Source: Felis catus
Taxonomy: Eukaryota
DNA length: 64,000 nt
NCBI RefSeq assembly: GCF_018350175.1
Contig: NC_058368.1
Span: 11,656,001 to 11,720,000 of the forward strand
Direction: 5' to 3'
The notes beneath the pieces were generated by a model. The model made no database searches, was not told the DNA's origin, and worked only from the letters and a program-made list of their open reading frames with translations. Positions 27,251 through 40,578 of the stretch are shown piece after piece (the first letter of the stretch is position 1; each line of letters begins with the position of its first letter). The position numbers were made by a program, and so were the translations under genes.

Positions 27251-28399
27251 CGTAGCTATCAAAGTTATAAATCCCACAATTAAAATAAAGATATATATAT
27301 CAAAATGGCAGTGGTGATGAATTATGGCATTGATTTCTTTGTGATTTTCTGTGTGTCCAGAACTCCCTACATTGAGCATGTACTACTTTTTTAATAGAAA
27401 AAATACACAAATGCATCCCTAAGACCTTCTTCAATGAGTAGACAAAGAAAAAAATATAAATGTTTAAAGTTTTTTCAACATTTAAGCTTTACCGTAGAAT
27501 AATACCATTATGCGTTGACTGAACATGAACGTATCCCACACAAAAAAGTCTGTGTGCAAATTCAGTTCTAGTTAATAACACCCCCCAATTATGGTTAACT
27601 TCCATCTTGTAAAAAAGCTCTTTATTACTTAACGACTTCTTTATGTCCTCATTGGTCATGAACAAGAATAATTCCAATTAGAACTACAGAACAGTGTACT
27701 GAATCCATTTTCCTGTTTCTATAATGGGAGGTCTGAAGCTTCCACTTTGCTTTAAATTTTATTATTGCCAGTAACGATAACAAACTGCAGATCCTCCAAG
27801 TTAACATCAAGCTTGTTCTTAAATATATTGATTTCATTATGTCTATCCTCAAATTGTTAAAAAATGTATAAAGAGACAAAGCAGCATATATTTTAAATAT
27901 ATTGGATAAAATTCACTGTTTCCCTGAAAGTTAAATTCCCCAAGGGAACTAGTTAATTTCAAATCTTCTAACACCTTTTCAAATAAATTCTCATTACTGC
28001 ATAGGGATTGCTTCAAATACAGAAAAGCCTTTTTACTTTCCCTTGACAAGATCATGCTGCTGCATGCATAAAATTCATGATTAACAAGGTAAATGAGCTC
28101 AATATTCTAACATATTAACTCCAATTTTATCAATTACATTTCTCATCTTCTATTACAAATCTACTTTAATTGCCAAGATTTGGGCCATTCTAATTCTTTT
28201 TAAATGATCCCTGAGGTTAATTTTCATTGCTAAGAAATGATTTACACCGACAGTAGTACCCACTATTCAGTAAGAAAAACATACAGCTAATTATAATTTA
28301 TTTTGTTATATGGTCATATAATAAACACTAAAAAACTTGGCTTGGACTTTATGTTGTTCAAAAATCCCCTTGATAACTGTTTAAACCAAGATTGGGAAA

Positions 28400-28700
28400 T
28401 CTAAGTCACTTACATGTCACTTTCTCAGGTAAAGCCTATCCTGTCCCCAGAGTTTAAAATTGCAACCACTCCCTCCCTCCCCCACCCCCAATACATGTGC
28501 TCTTCTTACCCTGGTCCAGATACTCTATATTTTCTTTCTCCTGCTTTACTTTTCTCCTTAGCACTTATCACCTTCTAACATAACATAGGATTAATTTGTC
28601 TTCTTTGAGTTCTTGTGAAGTGTTTTCTGTTTTGCTGCCAACTGACCCCCCAGTACCTAGAATAGTGCCTGCGACATAGAAGGCGCTGTTAAGTGAATAA
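28400..28700 (+). mobile_element. L2 3' fragment
   Basis: tagcacttatcacc...ccccagtacctagaatagtgcctgcgacatagaaggcgct. Confidence 0.65.
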
Positions 28701-29091
28701 TTTTACCACTAGGTTTATGGTGGGAGCTGTTGCTCTTGTCTGAGCTTATCTGGTGACTTATACATGTCCAGAATGCAATGGTTAATTTTCTAATTAGAGT
28801 AAATCTTCATTTTTCACCCTGTTTAGAGCAGGAAAACATTTTCTCCAGGAGCCTCAACCAATGCCTTCACAGTTGAAGAGAGGCTTATATCCCTAGGACA
28901 GTGGCTCAGAACCTGAAAATACAGAACTCAGAAAATTCATAGGTATGGAATTTTGCAAGGAAAGAGGGCAGGGCTTGTTTTTCCTTTTTTATATTCTTTG
29001 GGTCTCAAATAACTCTTCTTAGTTATTAATCATATCACTATTTTTCCTTAATGTGCTTACTATACATACTTTCCATGTACTATCTTAAAAA

Positions 29092-29309
29092 TATTTTTTT
29101 AATGTTTATTTGTTCTTGAGAGAGAGAGAGAGAATGTGAGCAGGGGAGGAGCAGAGGTTGGGGTGGGGGGGGAGACACAGAATCCGAAGCAGGCTCCAGG
29201 CTCCCAGCTGTCAGCACAGAGCCCGATGCAGGGCTCAAACTCAGGAACCTTAAGATCACGACCTGAGCCAAAGTCCTACGCTTAACTCACTGAGTCACCC
29301 AGGTGCCCC
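29092..29309 (-). mobile_element. Can-SINE
   Basis: Reverse head cacccaggtgcccc; flanks atgta(c/t)tatctt. Confidence 0.9.
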
Positions 29310-30167
29310 ATGTATTATCTTTTCAAATCTTCACAACAAAACTCTAATAGGTAGATGCTATTAACAACCCCACTTTTAAATTTGAGTAATTTTCCCAAAC
29401 ATCTGGTAGATGGTAGAGGTCTCTGGCATTTAAAGTTTGCACTCTTAAACACTATGCAATGGTGCTCCCCCATTCATCATGACGTATTACATGCTCATGA
29501 TGAATTCTACAAATTCATAGATCTCAACATCACTATTATTACCTAACTAACCCTGTTCATTTTATATTAAGCAGACACAAAATATAAAAGAGAGAGAGAA
29601 TTTCTGTAGGTTTTTCTAGTAAAAAGTTATAGCAAAAAGTTCTGGCAATTTGAAATTAACAATATATTTTGATGGACAAGTCACACAGAAAAAAGCTTAG
29701 GCTACAAAGTAGCTAAGCCAATAATCAAATGGGAAAATAATAAAACAAAAAATCCAAAGAGTCATAGTTTATCATTTAAAAAACTGCAAAAAGTTGTTAC
29801 TTTACCAGAAGTTCTTCCTAATTGAAATGGTCATTTATTATGGAATTTTGCAAATGTGGTAAAAAAAAAAAATATATTACTTTGTAAAAAAAAGTCTTTT
29901 TACTTATCCCTCTCAAAAGGCCTAACTCTGACAATTTGAAAAGCAACAAATTAAATAGTAAAGCTAAACAACTTTCTGAAAATTATAGGAAAAGAAAAAT
30001 ATATTATGAAGCTTTTTAATTATACTTCTTGCCTGAGCCTGAAATGAGATATGTGTTGCCCATACATGATCTCATATGCACATCACCCTTACTGCCTTAG
30101 GATTTAGCACTTTCAAATGATGCTTATTTTAAACACCCCAAACACCAAGATAAGATTTTAAAGTGAA

Positions 30168-30378
30168 TTTTTTTAAGTTTATTTATTTTGAGAGAGAGAG
30201 AGAGCAAGCAGGAGGTGCAGAGAGAAAGGGAGACAGAATCCTAAGCAGAATCCTAAGCAGGTTCCGCATTGTCAGGGCAGAGCCTGATGTGGGGCTCAAA
30301 CTCATGAACCGTGAGATCATGACCTGAACCCAAACCAAGAGTCGGACTCTTAACCAACTAAGCCACCCAGGTGTCCCC
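30168..30378 (-). mobile_element. Can-SINE with internal 12-bp duplication (agaatcctaagc twice)
   Basis: Reverse head agccacccaggtgtcccc. Confidence 0.9.
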
Positions 30379-31539
30379 AACATAAAATTTAAAAAATTAT
30401 TCTTACTACATGTATCTTACAAGTACTTTTAGATTCAACATCTGTTTTCTTATCAGAAATTAATATGATTAAAGTGAGAATTCATTAGTTTAGTACGCTT
30501 GAAAAGGATATTAATAACATTTCAAACTACAAACTTAAATCTGCTTGGTAAATCCCATTAATAGCAAGCAGGATTAAGATATCTCTGATTTGCTACAACT
30601 TTTCAAGTTCTTAACATGTTTGACGCATTCAAAAGTCACAGCTGTTGTTTTAAGATAAATATAGTAACTACACAGCTAAATCTTTCCAAACATGAAGAAG
30701 TATCATCCCCTCTAAGAATAAACAATTTCCAAAACTGGATGGCCCATAAGCAGAGATTTAAAATTTCATACACTTAAAATTGGGGGTTTGTTTTTAACCC
30801 CATCATTTATACAAACTGGTAACACTGATGGAAAGCAACAAAATGTGTGCGTTATTGAAGCCTTTATTTTCTAACACACACAAAAAATCATATACAACTT
30901 GGTCAACTGACAGACATCAATAATTCTACTCACTGGAAAATGGTTAATAACCCTAGATGTTTTTAAACAAATGTTTATGTCGATTACTGCCTTCTATGTG
31001 ATGTCACTGCAAATAAGCTACCATTACTGTACTGAGCTCTTGTTATACCTTAAATGACATCAAATATATTGGAACTACATTTTAATGGCTCTCTTTCAAA
31101 CGGCCCCACATGGTTGAGATTTTTGAGTTCTATCTGCATTTTATAGTATTTTTGTATCATCAAATGTTTTCAGGATATCAGATCTAATTTCTTATTCTGA
31201 GATGGCCCCAACTTTACCACCACCTGCTACTGCTGAAATATTTGTGGTAGGTAAACCATTAAAATAGCCTTATTGGAATTTTGTACAAAAAATGCAAATC
31301 GCCTCATTAAGAGAGCCTTTAAAATAGGGACGTGGGTGTACAGAACATGTATCATCTCCCTTAGCAAATCAGAACTCTTCTTAGAGACTTTAGTCATGCT
31401 CCAAACAAAGTGCATAAGGAAATGACTCCTGAATGAGTGAACTGTTTTTGTATTTCTGACTTCTTTTTGGAGTGAAAGAACATCTAGAACAAGATCTGGA
31501 ACACAATAGATCCTCAATTAACGTTCATACAGATTGCCT

Positions 31540-31575
<36 letters not shown>

Positions 31576-32730
31576 AACATAAACACAAAAAGGGCCTGAA
31601 AAATGCACATCAAACTGTTAACTCTGTTTATGAAGCAGAGTGTGAAGGGGATTAGGAATAAAAAGGACTGTTGCTTTTTCTTCGCTTTATGTGCATTTTT
31701 TAGGTCATGCTTGAATTATCTATACGTATAATTTATATCCCAGTTTGCATATCCAAGAAGACAATTCAAGCACTACAGATCATTTCCACACTACGTCCTT
31801 GGGAAGACTGTCCTCACCGTGTACGTGCCAGTCACACTTGACAAAGTTCTCTCTTCTTGCCACAAGAAATGCTCACATGGAGCAGCCCCTACGTGTGAAA
31901 GCTGCACAGCATATTAACCAATGCTTTTCCCTCCCTCGTGTCTCAGTTAGGTAGCAGCTTGAGTACAATGGTAGATTTTTTACTTTCCTGCTTGCAGTTG
32001 TTCACCTTTTCCTTCATGACATATGACTTAAGTGGATCCTAACACATATAGTACCAGTGGATTTAATGATCCAGACTTTAGAATCTTTGTGATGGGCTGG
32101 CTACATTCCTGGACCTCACCAGTGACTTTATTTTTCCCTTTAAGATTGTGTTCCAAAGGAGAAACTGTCCGAAAACTTCAATCTGGGATCATCTAACACT
32201 ATGGCCATATAGGTCAATGGCATTCTTCTATAGACCTCTGGCTACTTCCTTTTGAAGAGATAGTTCATAACACATGTTCTGGCTGTCTTCCAAGCAGCAG
32301 AAAGTTTGACTTCTTGGAATCAGTTTTCACTTCTCTATTCCACGCATCACTATGTTGCACATGTAGAATTGTGGCTTTGTGACAAGTAGAATTAACTGGT
32401 GTGAAAGTAACATATATAACTTCTGGTGTCCTTATGACTATCTGAAGAACTTAGGATGCTGAGCATTGCTGAATTGGCTAAGTGTCCCCACCCTACCCCT
32501 AAATTATAACAAAGTCTCTTGTCAACATTTCCTATTTAAAATGTTAAATGTAGCTAAAGACGTGACCAAAACTGAGCCTATTTTCGTTCAATCATGCTTT
32601 ATGCTGCTTTTAATATATAAATTATGAATGAATTCAATTTTCATGTAAGTGCCTTTAAAAATCTTCATGAATTTCTCTGGGTAGCCAACTTGGCAACTGC
32701 CAAGGATGAACTATTAAAACACTACAAGCT

Positions 32731-32929
32731 GAGGCACCTGGTTAGTTCAGTCGGTTAAGTGCCTGACTCTTGATTTCAGCACAGGTCATCTCACGCATGG
32801 TTCCTGGGATCAAGCCCTGCACTGATAGCACAGAGCCTGCTTGGAATTCTCTCTCTCTTCCTCTCTCTCTGCCCCTCCCCCACCCACACTCTGTGTCTCT
32901 CAAAAAAAGTAAATAAATTTACAAAAAAA
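32731..32929 (+). mobile_element. Can-SINE
   Basis: 16-bp TSD taaaacactacaagct. Confidence 0.92.
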
Positions 32930-35900
32930 TAAAACACTACAAGCTAATGTTACTCACCATAAATACTTACTAGGAAAGAAATGACTGGAAGCCAGGAGTC
33001 CTGGATGCTAGTTCTAATACTTCTACTGAATTTTAGGTGGTATTTCACCTCAATTTCTTCATCTCCAAGATGTGTTTTTAGCTAGATGTCCTGTAAATCC
33101 CTTTTGGCCCTAACATTCCATTTCTTAACATGTTAAATACTCTGCCAAATAGAAGCCAGCAATATGTCTAGTATTTTTTTTTTTTGCAGAATCCAGAGAA
33201 TACCATAAATAGCACCTCATTAATATTCACAGTATTTGTAAGAAAATAAAAAGGTATTATCTTTATATGCAATTATTTGAGTCATGAACTGGGACAGTAA
33301 TGTCACCAAACTGTAGTATAATGAGAACAACGGTTCTAATTTCTTGATTGTAGTATTCTATTCACTGTACCATCTTTGTTGTTTTGTTATACTTAGAAAG
33401 CAGTATATTTTAACCCTTCTCACCCCCAATCAGCCAATCTGCTCTCTAATGTACTCAAAACTACCCTGCTCAATTTCTTACTGAAGTGTTCACAGCATTC
33501 TCTTTCCCCTTCAACTCTTTCATTTGAATAATTTCACCAATTATACTTTCTCAGCTGTTTCCTATGGACATACTTTTAGAGTTCGGGTACAGTATCTGTC
33601 TCGTTTTCTACATAATATCTATAAATTTTCTAATAAATTTCACCCACATACAGAAATATGTCACTACCTTCTCTACATTCACCAGTATCCGCTTAGAATT
33701 TTTACCTTTACACAGACCCAATAAATCTAAGTATCAAATGGTTGACAAGGACAACAGAGATTCTTTGTACTATTTGCTTCAAAGATTTGGGAGCTTCCTC
33801 TCTCTGTGGCCTTTCTCACATTCCCTTCTAGAACTCCAAACTCTTGGTCCTTGAAATCAATTCATGAAATTGGTTTTCCACACTTTCCAGGCCCTTCTGC
33901 ATCAGTCCTGGCTTACCTGAGCAAACTATCTTGCTCTGGCTGTGGTCTCCAAAACCTAAGCTCTCTCACTCACCTGTCTGACCACAATCTCAGCCAAGTC
34001 CATTTCCTCTCACCTCCCTACACAAGTTTTCAGACTTGTCCCTAAAACTAGCAGACACAGAGACACTGTTAATTCAACATGTGCACGTGAGAGGCACACT
34101 GGGCTCCCTGGATACAGGAAAGAGAGTGCAGGAGACAAATTCTAATCAATTCCAGCGAATAGCAGAGGTGAGGGAGGTGCTATTCACCTAATACTGGGCA
34201 TTCTGATCTCATATTCTCTCTGGGACACCACCCATCCCAGGAAAGAATTAGGAGAAAACTGGAGAACCACACAACTTCCTTACATGAATAAAAACTGCGG
34301 GTCCATGACTCTCAGACCTCAAAGAGCTAAAATAATGTGGCCAACACGGTTTGCTAAAATACTCAAACTCTTCTGTACCATTTAGTATATAGTTACCCTG
34401 GGACCCTTCCAATGTGCAGCCCAGCCCCTTCTCTAGGACCCCCACTGACCCCCCAACCAGCAGGTTAGTGACTGGCACCACAAACGGCCCACAGGTTTCC
34501 GTTCTAGCACAGTGACCAGCCTCAATTATGACCAGTTGGTGCCCATGAAATCAACCCCCAGAAATCTTGTCTCCTGGACACAGCTATTGGCTCCCTTCAA
34601 GAGTGGACTCCCAAGGGCAAGCCTGTGCTTTACCTGCCTTTCCTACTCATTCCTGGGGAAACTCAAGTGAGTCTTGACCCAGAACAGACCTGGCATTAGC
34701 CGCCAGAGCAGTCAGCCACCCAGACCCTGTTCCTCCGTGTCCCCTCTGCTAGAGCTGGCCTGGAAGACAGTGGGAGATGAGATGAGATACCAGCAGCAGT
34801 AGCACTGGCACCCCAGTAGGCAAAGGTCTGGTGCTCTTTTGGTCCTCTGACCAAAAGGCTGTTACTACTCACCACTGATTCCCTCAGGATTTTTTCTGAG
34901 ATAGAGAGATGTGCAAGGTGGCCAACTGGCTGACCACACCGACGATTAAATAATTTGAATATTACCTCTGCAAAAACATATATGCAATCACACCACCTCT
35001 GGGTTTTGACCACCCTTCGGACATACCAGATACACACCCCTGGCAAGGAAGATAAAGATACTCATCGACTGTGCCAAGGGGCAGTTCAGTTAGCTGACAT
35101 GCCACCAAATCCCAAATTCTGACTGCATATTCAAGAGCCATCTTGCAATGACTCCCTCACTCAGAGTGTATTTCTATCAATAAGAACTCTTGAATCTATC
35201 AGCTTCCTTAAGAATATGGGTTCTGACCCGATAACGCCTTCTCACTATTCTTGCCCAAGACTTGATCGGACAGCCCAAGTTAGGAGGGGTAGGGTTAGGG
35301 AGGGGTGTGGTGAGGAGTCCATACCAATGGAAGTATACTTGTGCTTATCACAGACAAAAAGGCCCTTTTTAAACAAACCAAAAAAAAGTTTGACTAAATA
35401 ACATACTTGGTGACCCTGTCAGATGGGTATATTTACTTCCAGGGGGCAGCTCGGGTCCTCTCAAATAGAGACAGAGAAACATAACATGGGTTCAGGAGGA
35501 CTCCATCTTCTTCCGATAAATACTGATATTTTTATTAGGGGAACAAAAACAGAAAAACAAGGAACAGTGGCTCTCCTAGGACAAGGGTAGCCTTCATGCA
35601 CTAACTATGCAGAACAGTGAATCATTCCACTCATCTTTAATTGTAATCAATTCAGAAAGGCCTCCTTGCTCCTCCTAAAAGTTTTTAGTTTTTTATAACC
35701 TATATATCAGACATCTAAAACAACCCAGGTGGGTTTTTTTTTTTTTGCGACAACAATGGAAAACAGGCGACAACAATGTCACTCTACCATGTTCCACCCA
35801 AATCCTTTGTAACCATCTGGTCACCATGGAAACTAAAGCAAATAATCAAATTTTACCTACCAAGAGATGGTTAAACATAAGCTATGCTTGACCAAGTTCA

Positions 35901-36169
35901 GGACAACCCTGGAGGGCTCCCCAAAAGCAGAATGCTGGCGAAGAAATGGAAGAGACCACGCTATCAGAATGGCCACTGTACTTATCAGTAGAGTAAGCTC
36001 TACCCCGAGTTTTAGACCTCTGTCAAACCACTGCCTTGGGAGGCTGCCTCAGGCCACCCCACCTATTCAACAAACACAACAAAAGGTTTGGTGGCTTTCC
36101 AACTAACTGACAAGATGTCTACAGATGTTTCTTTCTATTACTTCTCTGTCAAGTATACTCCATTCCAAA

Positions 36170-36425
36170 CACTGCTACTCAAAAGTATCATCCGCACTGA
36201 TGCCAGTCCATGAGCAGTCTGCTACTAGCCCACAAAAGGATAAATACAGAAATTGGCAGTAAGTTTTACAAACTTGTATAGCAATCTGGATTTTTATATC
36301 TGTTGAAGTTAATAAAATATTTTACCTAAAATTTTTTTCTAGTAATTCACTTCACTAAGGTATCAGACTGTGATAGATTAGAAATTTTTAAAAACTAATT
36401 TTTCACCATAGTTTGAAAGGTGCCT
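36170..36425. mobile_element. hAT-Charlie (MER5-group) DNA transposon fossil
   Basis: cactgctactcaaaagt... start and ...catagtttgaa end resemble recalled MER5C termini. Confidence 0.5.
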
Positions 36426-36849
36426 ATCTAAAACAAATGCAACTATGACACATTTCTGCTGAAATCTCTTTGGTGATAACCATTATCTGCAAGACAAAGT
36501 CTTAGCTCATTAACACTGTGTCAGGCTCTCCTAGATTTGACCCCTTGATCTGACTATTTCTCTAGAGCAGAACTTCCCAATCTGTGTGCTTGGCAATGCC
36601 TCAAATGGGTAAAAGAGGAGACCACTGAATGGAGCCTATGGCAGGTGGAGCTCCCAAGCCCTAGGACCAGGAGCCTTGGGAAGAGTAGGCTGGTCCATTT
36701 ACTCCAGCAAATCCTGCAAATTTTGTTTTCTGTGTCATGAGGAAAAGACTGAGAACTGATGCCTGGAGTTATCTTCCACTACTCTATACCTCCATCAAAC
36801 CACTGCCAAATGTTGTTCCAACAACAAAAAACCTGCTTTCCCACCCATA

Positions 36850-37800
36850 CCCAAATTTGTATTTCTAGCCCAGACCTCTCCCCTAAGCACACGACATATT
36901 CTTCATCTCCATTCAGATGCATTCCAGAGGCAGCACCTCAAACTTAACATGTCGAGAACAGAATATCTGTTTTCCTTTCCAAATGTGCTCCTCCTCCAAT
37001 ACATCATTTCCCAATAAACTGCAACTTTTTCTCTCTCATATCCATGATTTGATCTACTCAGCAAATCCTGACAACTCAGCTTCAACAATCCTCACCACCA
37101 TCTTTACCCCCTGGTTGAAGTCACAATCATCTCTCACTTGCATTATGGCAAGAGCCCTGCTTCCACTCTTGCCTAAAACTGATTCTCAAGACAGCAGCCA
37201 GAAATGACTTGTGTAACTCAAAACATAAGTTCTGAGCATACTCAGAACTCTCAGACAGTTTCAAGCAGAGTAAAGGCCTATGTTCCTTCAATAGTTTTCA
37301 AGGCTCATGTTATCTGGTTGCTTCTTCCTCTTGGACTCTCTTCTATTTTGCTCTATGATCAATGGCTCCAAGCAAATGGATCTCCTGGAGTCCTTAACTA
37401 CACCAAGCACAGCCCCACCTCATCTGGGCCCTCACTTGTAGGATCCACTGTCTGAATTGCTCTTCCCTCTCTGCTGTCTTTGCTAATTCACTCTCTTCAA
37501 GTCTTTCCCCAAATGTTACCTCTTCAATTAGGCCTTCACTGATGACTCCAGGTAAAGTAGCACCCATTCCCCTACACCCCACCTCCCTGTCCCATTTATG
37601 CTGCTTCAACTTTTCCCATAGCACTTATCATCTGACCTATTTGGTACTTATTTATTGGTATACAATCTGCTTCCCTACACTGACTCCAAAAGGGCAGAGG
37701 GTTTGTCTATTTTGTTCACTGCTGTATCACCTAAAACAATGCCTGGCACATAGTAGGCACTCACGAAATACTGAGTAAATATGCACATGAATAAATGCAT
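36850..37800 (+). mobile_element. L2 fragment including 3' end
   Basis: caaatttgtatttctagcccagacctctc...gcctggcacatagtaggcactca. Confidence 0.8.
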
Positions 37801-38944
37801 TACTGTTTGCTGCTTCCGAGTCCTTAATCATTCAGTGGCTATTGCCTTACAAGCCTTTTCCTATACTCTTTTCCTTGCTAAATCCCACTTTTAGACGAGG
37901 CTTAGCCATCAACTCCTCCAGAAAGACTTCCCTGAACCTATTCTTCCACATTTCACTCAATGACAACCAACTCATTAACTGAACAGTAGAGAAGTAACTC
38001 CACTGCTACACGTTGATGCACAAACACCTTACTGTCTCTTCTCACTACTGGCTCATATTTCCCAACCACATTCCTCCAATAAGAAACCACCACTCCATCC
38101 CCAGTAGCTTCTGTTTCCACCTATTTCCCTACTGCACTAAGTCCATCTACTACATGTTTGCATAGATTGTCCCAAGGGTCATGATACGGCTGATGTACTT
38201 AGGAAAAACATAAAGCATTCTGATACGCAGTAGGCAAGACAATTCAAGGAAGAAGCCTTGTTTTCCTAGTCCAATTCTGTAACTTAAAAGTAGTCCATTG
38301 CCCACCAAGGAATGATATGGCCAACAACCAGTAAAGCAAGCCTCCAGTATTTCAACACCACTCATGACTTCTTGTGTGGAGCCCACTGTACTCCATTCCA
38401 TTTCAGGTTCTGGTTCCAGACTCTCTGTGGCTTCCAGTTTACCATACCTTGCTTCATATTTATTGACTGAACTTCTGTCTCCTCAGCATAATCTTAGTGT
38501 TTTCTCAGACTTAAACTTAAGACCCACTACGGCTCTCATTACTGCCATGGGCAAGATGCTCCCCTGAGCTTCTGTTCTGAAGAACTACTAGAGGCTCTGT
38601 GCCCTCAGTAAGTCTAACCTATAAAGGGAGAGTTCAAAAAACCGAACACACAGGTCTTGAACATTCCACAAAATTTCCATACCACAACAATTTATTGACA
38701 TCTTGCTTGGAAAGTCTCAAGACTAATTAAAAACTGCTATTTATTCTGATTTCCCTTGTCGAATGGTATTTATTCTACTTACAGATAACCTTATTTTTCT
38801 ATAAGCAAATTGTTTCTAAATATAGTAATTTCTTCTTCACTGTAAGAGTACAAAATAATCTGAGTCAAGAAGAATGGTATGTTATTAAAAAGTTAGAATG
38901 CTATATTTGAGGTACTACTAATTGTGTTTTTTAGTCTGTTTGTT

Positions 38945-39128
38945 TGTTTATTTATTTATTTATTTATTTAGAGAGTGAGCATGAACAGGGGAGGGGCAGA
39001 GTGAAAGGGAGAGAAAATCCCAAGCAGACTTTGCGCTAACATGGGGCTTGATCTCAAACTGTGAGATCATGACCTAAGCAGAGATCAAGAGTCAGATGCT
39101 TAATGGACTGAGCCACCCAAGCACCCCA
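38945..39128 (-). mobile_element. Can-SINE
   Basis: Reverse head gactgagccacccaagcacccc; (ttta)n tail. Confidence 0.88.
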
Positions 39129-39824
39129 AGGTACTAGTAAATTACATCTTAAAATATTACAAACTGCTTCTTACCTTCCAACATAAACCTTCTTCCCGTT
39201 TGTCTAATGAATCCTGTAACAACTCTAACTGTATTACAAAAATAGAAAGCTGACATACACTCAAACTGATGTTCCCATCTTGAATAATTCATTTCATAGA
39301 AGCCCAGGCTGCAATGAACTGTTTCACAGAATTACAGGTAAGCTAGTATCACACACCATTACATGAACATTATATAGAATGTCATGTATGAAAAACAAGG
39401 GGAAAATTGTCACCATGAAGACCAAGGTGGGATGGGGACAGAGCCTCACTACTTTTATTATGCTTGACATTAAAACAAACCAAAAAAATCTTTCTTTCTT
39501 CTTTTAAAGAAATATGTTTGCATGGTCTTGCCAATACACTGCTCTGTGAAACTAATCATACTAAATTTATCAGTAAACACGGGAATATCAAATTGATTGG
39601 ATCGTACCAACAGTCCACACAACACAGGTGAACCAATAGTGAACTGTAGGAGAAAAAGGCACATGCAGCAACATAAATTGTTTTGAGCTATTCTACAGCT
39701 TAACTCAAATGTCTTTGTTAAAGAAGAATATGAATATCTTTGACAAATTTAATAACTAGAACACCAAACTTTTCCTTCTAGGTATCTCTCAGCACTTCTA
39801 ACTGGTATAAAAATCCATTGGTTT

Positions 39825-40028
39825 GGAGGTGCCAGGGTGGCTCCGTTGGTTCAGCCTCCAACTCTTGATATCCATTCAGGTCATGATCTTGTGGTCAGGA
39901 AATCAAGCCGCACTTTGCACACTCAGTGTGGTGCCTGTTTGGGATTTTCTCTCCCTCTTTGCGCCTCCCTGGCTCTCACACGTGCACGCGCTCTCTCACT
40001 CAAAACAAATAAATATAAATTTTTAAAA
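39825..40028 (+). mobile_element. Can-SINE (diverged)
   Basis: ggtgccagggtggctccgttggtt head; caggtcatgatct motif. Confidence 0.85.
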
Positions 40029-40578
40029 AATCAATTTGTTTCCTTCTCTGCCTATTCCTAGTATATATCAAAAGAGATGAAATTATCAAAAGGCAAAACA
40101 AAATCATGGAATCTCAAGGCTAAAAGAGCTATTTCAGTTAAAATTCTAACATAGTCTTCTCATTTAATTCATCCAATAACCCTACATTATAGATTGGAAA
40201 GGTACTGTCCTTAAACTTACAAGGAAAAGTTTCAGAAAGTTAAGTGGCTTACCCAAGCTGCAGTCAGAACTGCAACTTATCTTCTAATTATGCAATTTTG
40301 AATTCTGTGCTCTACTACAAGTGGAGGTTTCCGTCCTTCACAACAGTCCCTAAGGCGCCTTGAAGGAACAGTCTGAAACACAGAACTCAATTATACTGTG
40401 AACACCTCCAGTGTCAGGCAATCCACTGTATACTTCTTAATGAAACCCACGCTATTTCCAAAAGAAGTCTTTGAATTAAAACTTAAGAACCAATGATCCA
40501 GTCAAGTATCCTTATTTTACACATGAAGGACGCAAAAGAGAGAAGGAAATGCCTCTCAGCTAGCTAGTGTAATAGCAG

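Noticed and set aside
34696..35046. 116-aa minus-strand ORF
   Set aside because: No homology recognised and no exon boundaries.
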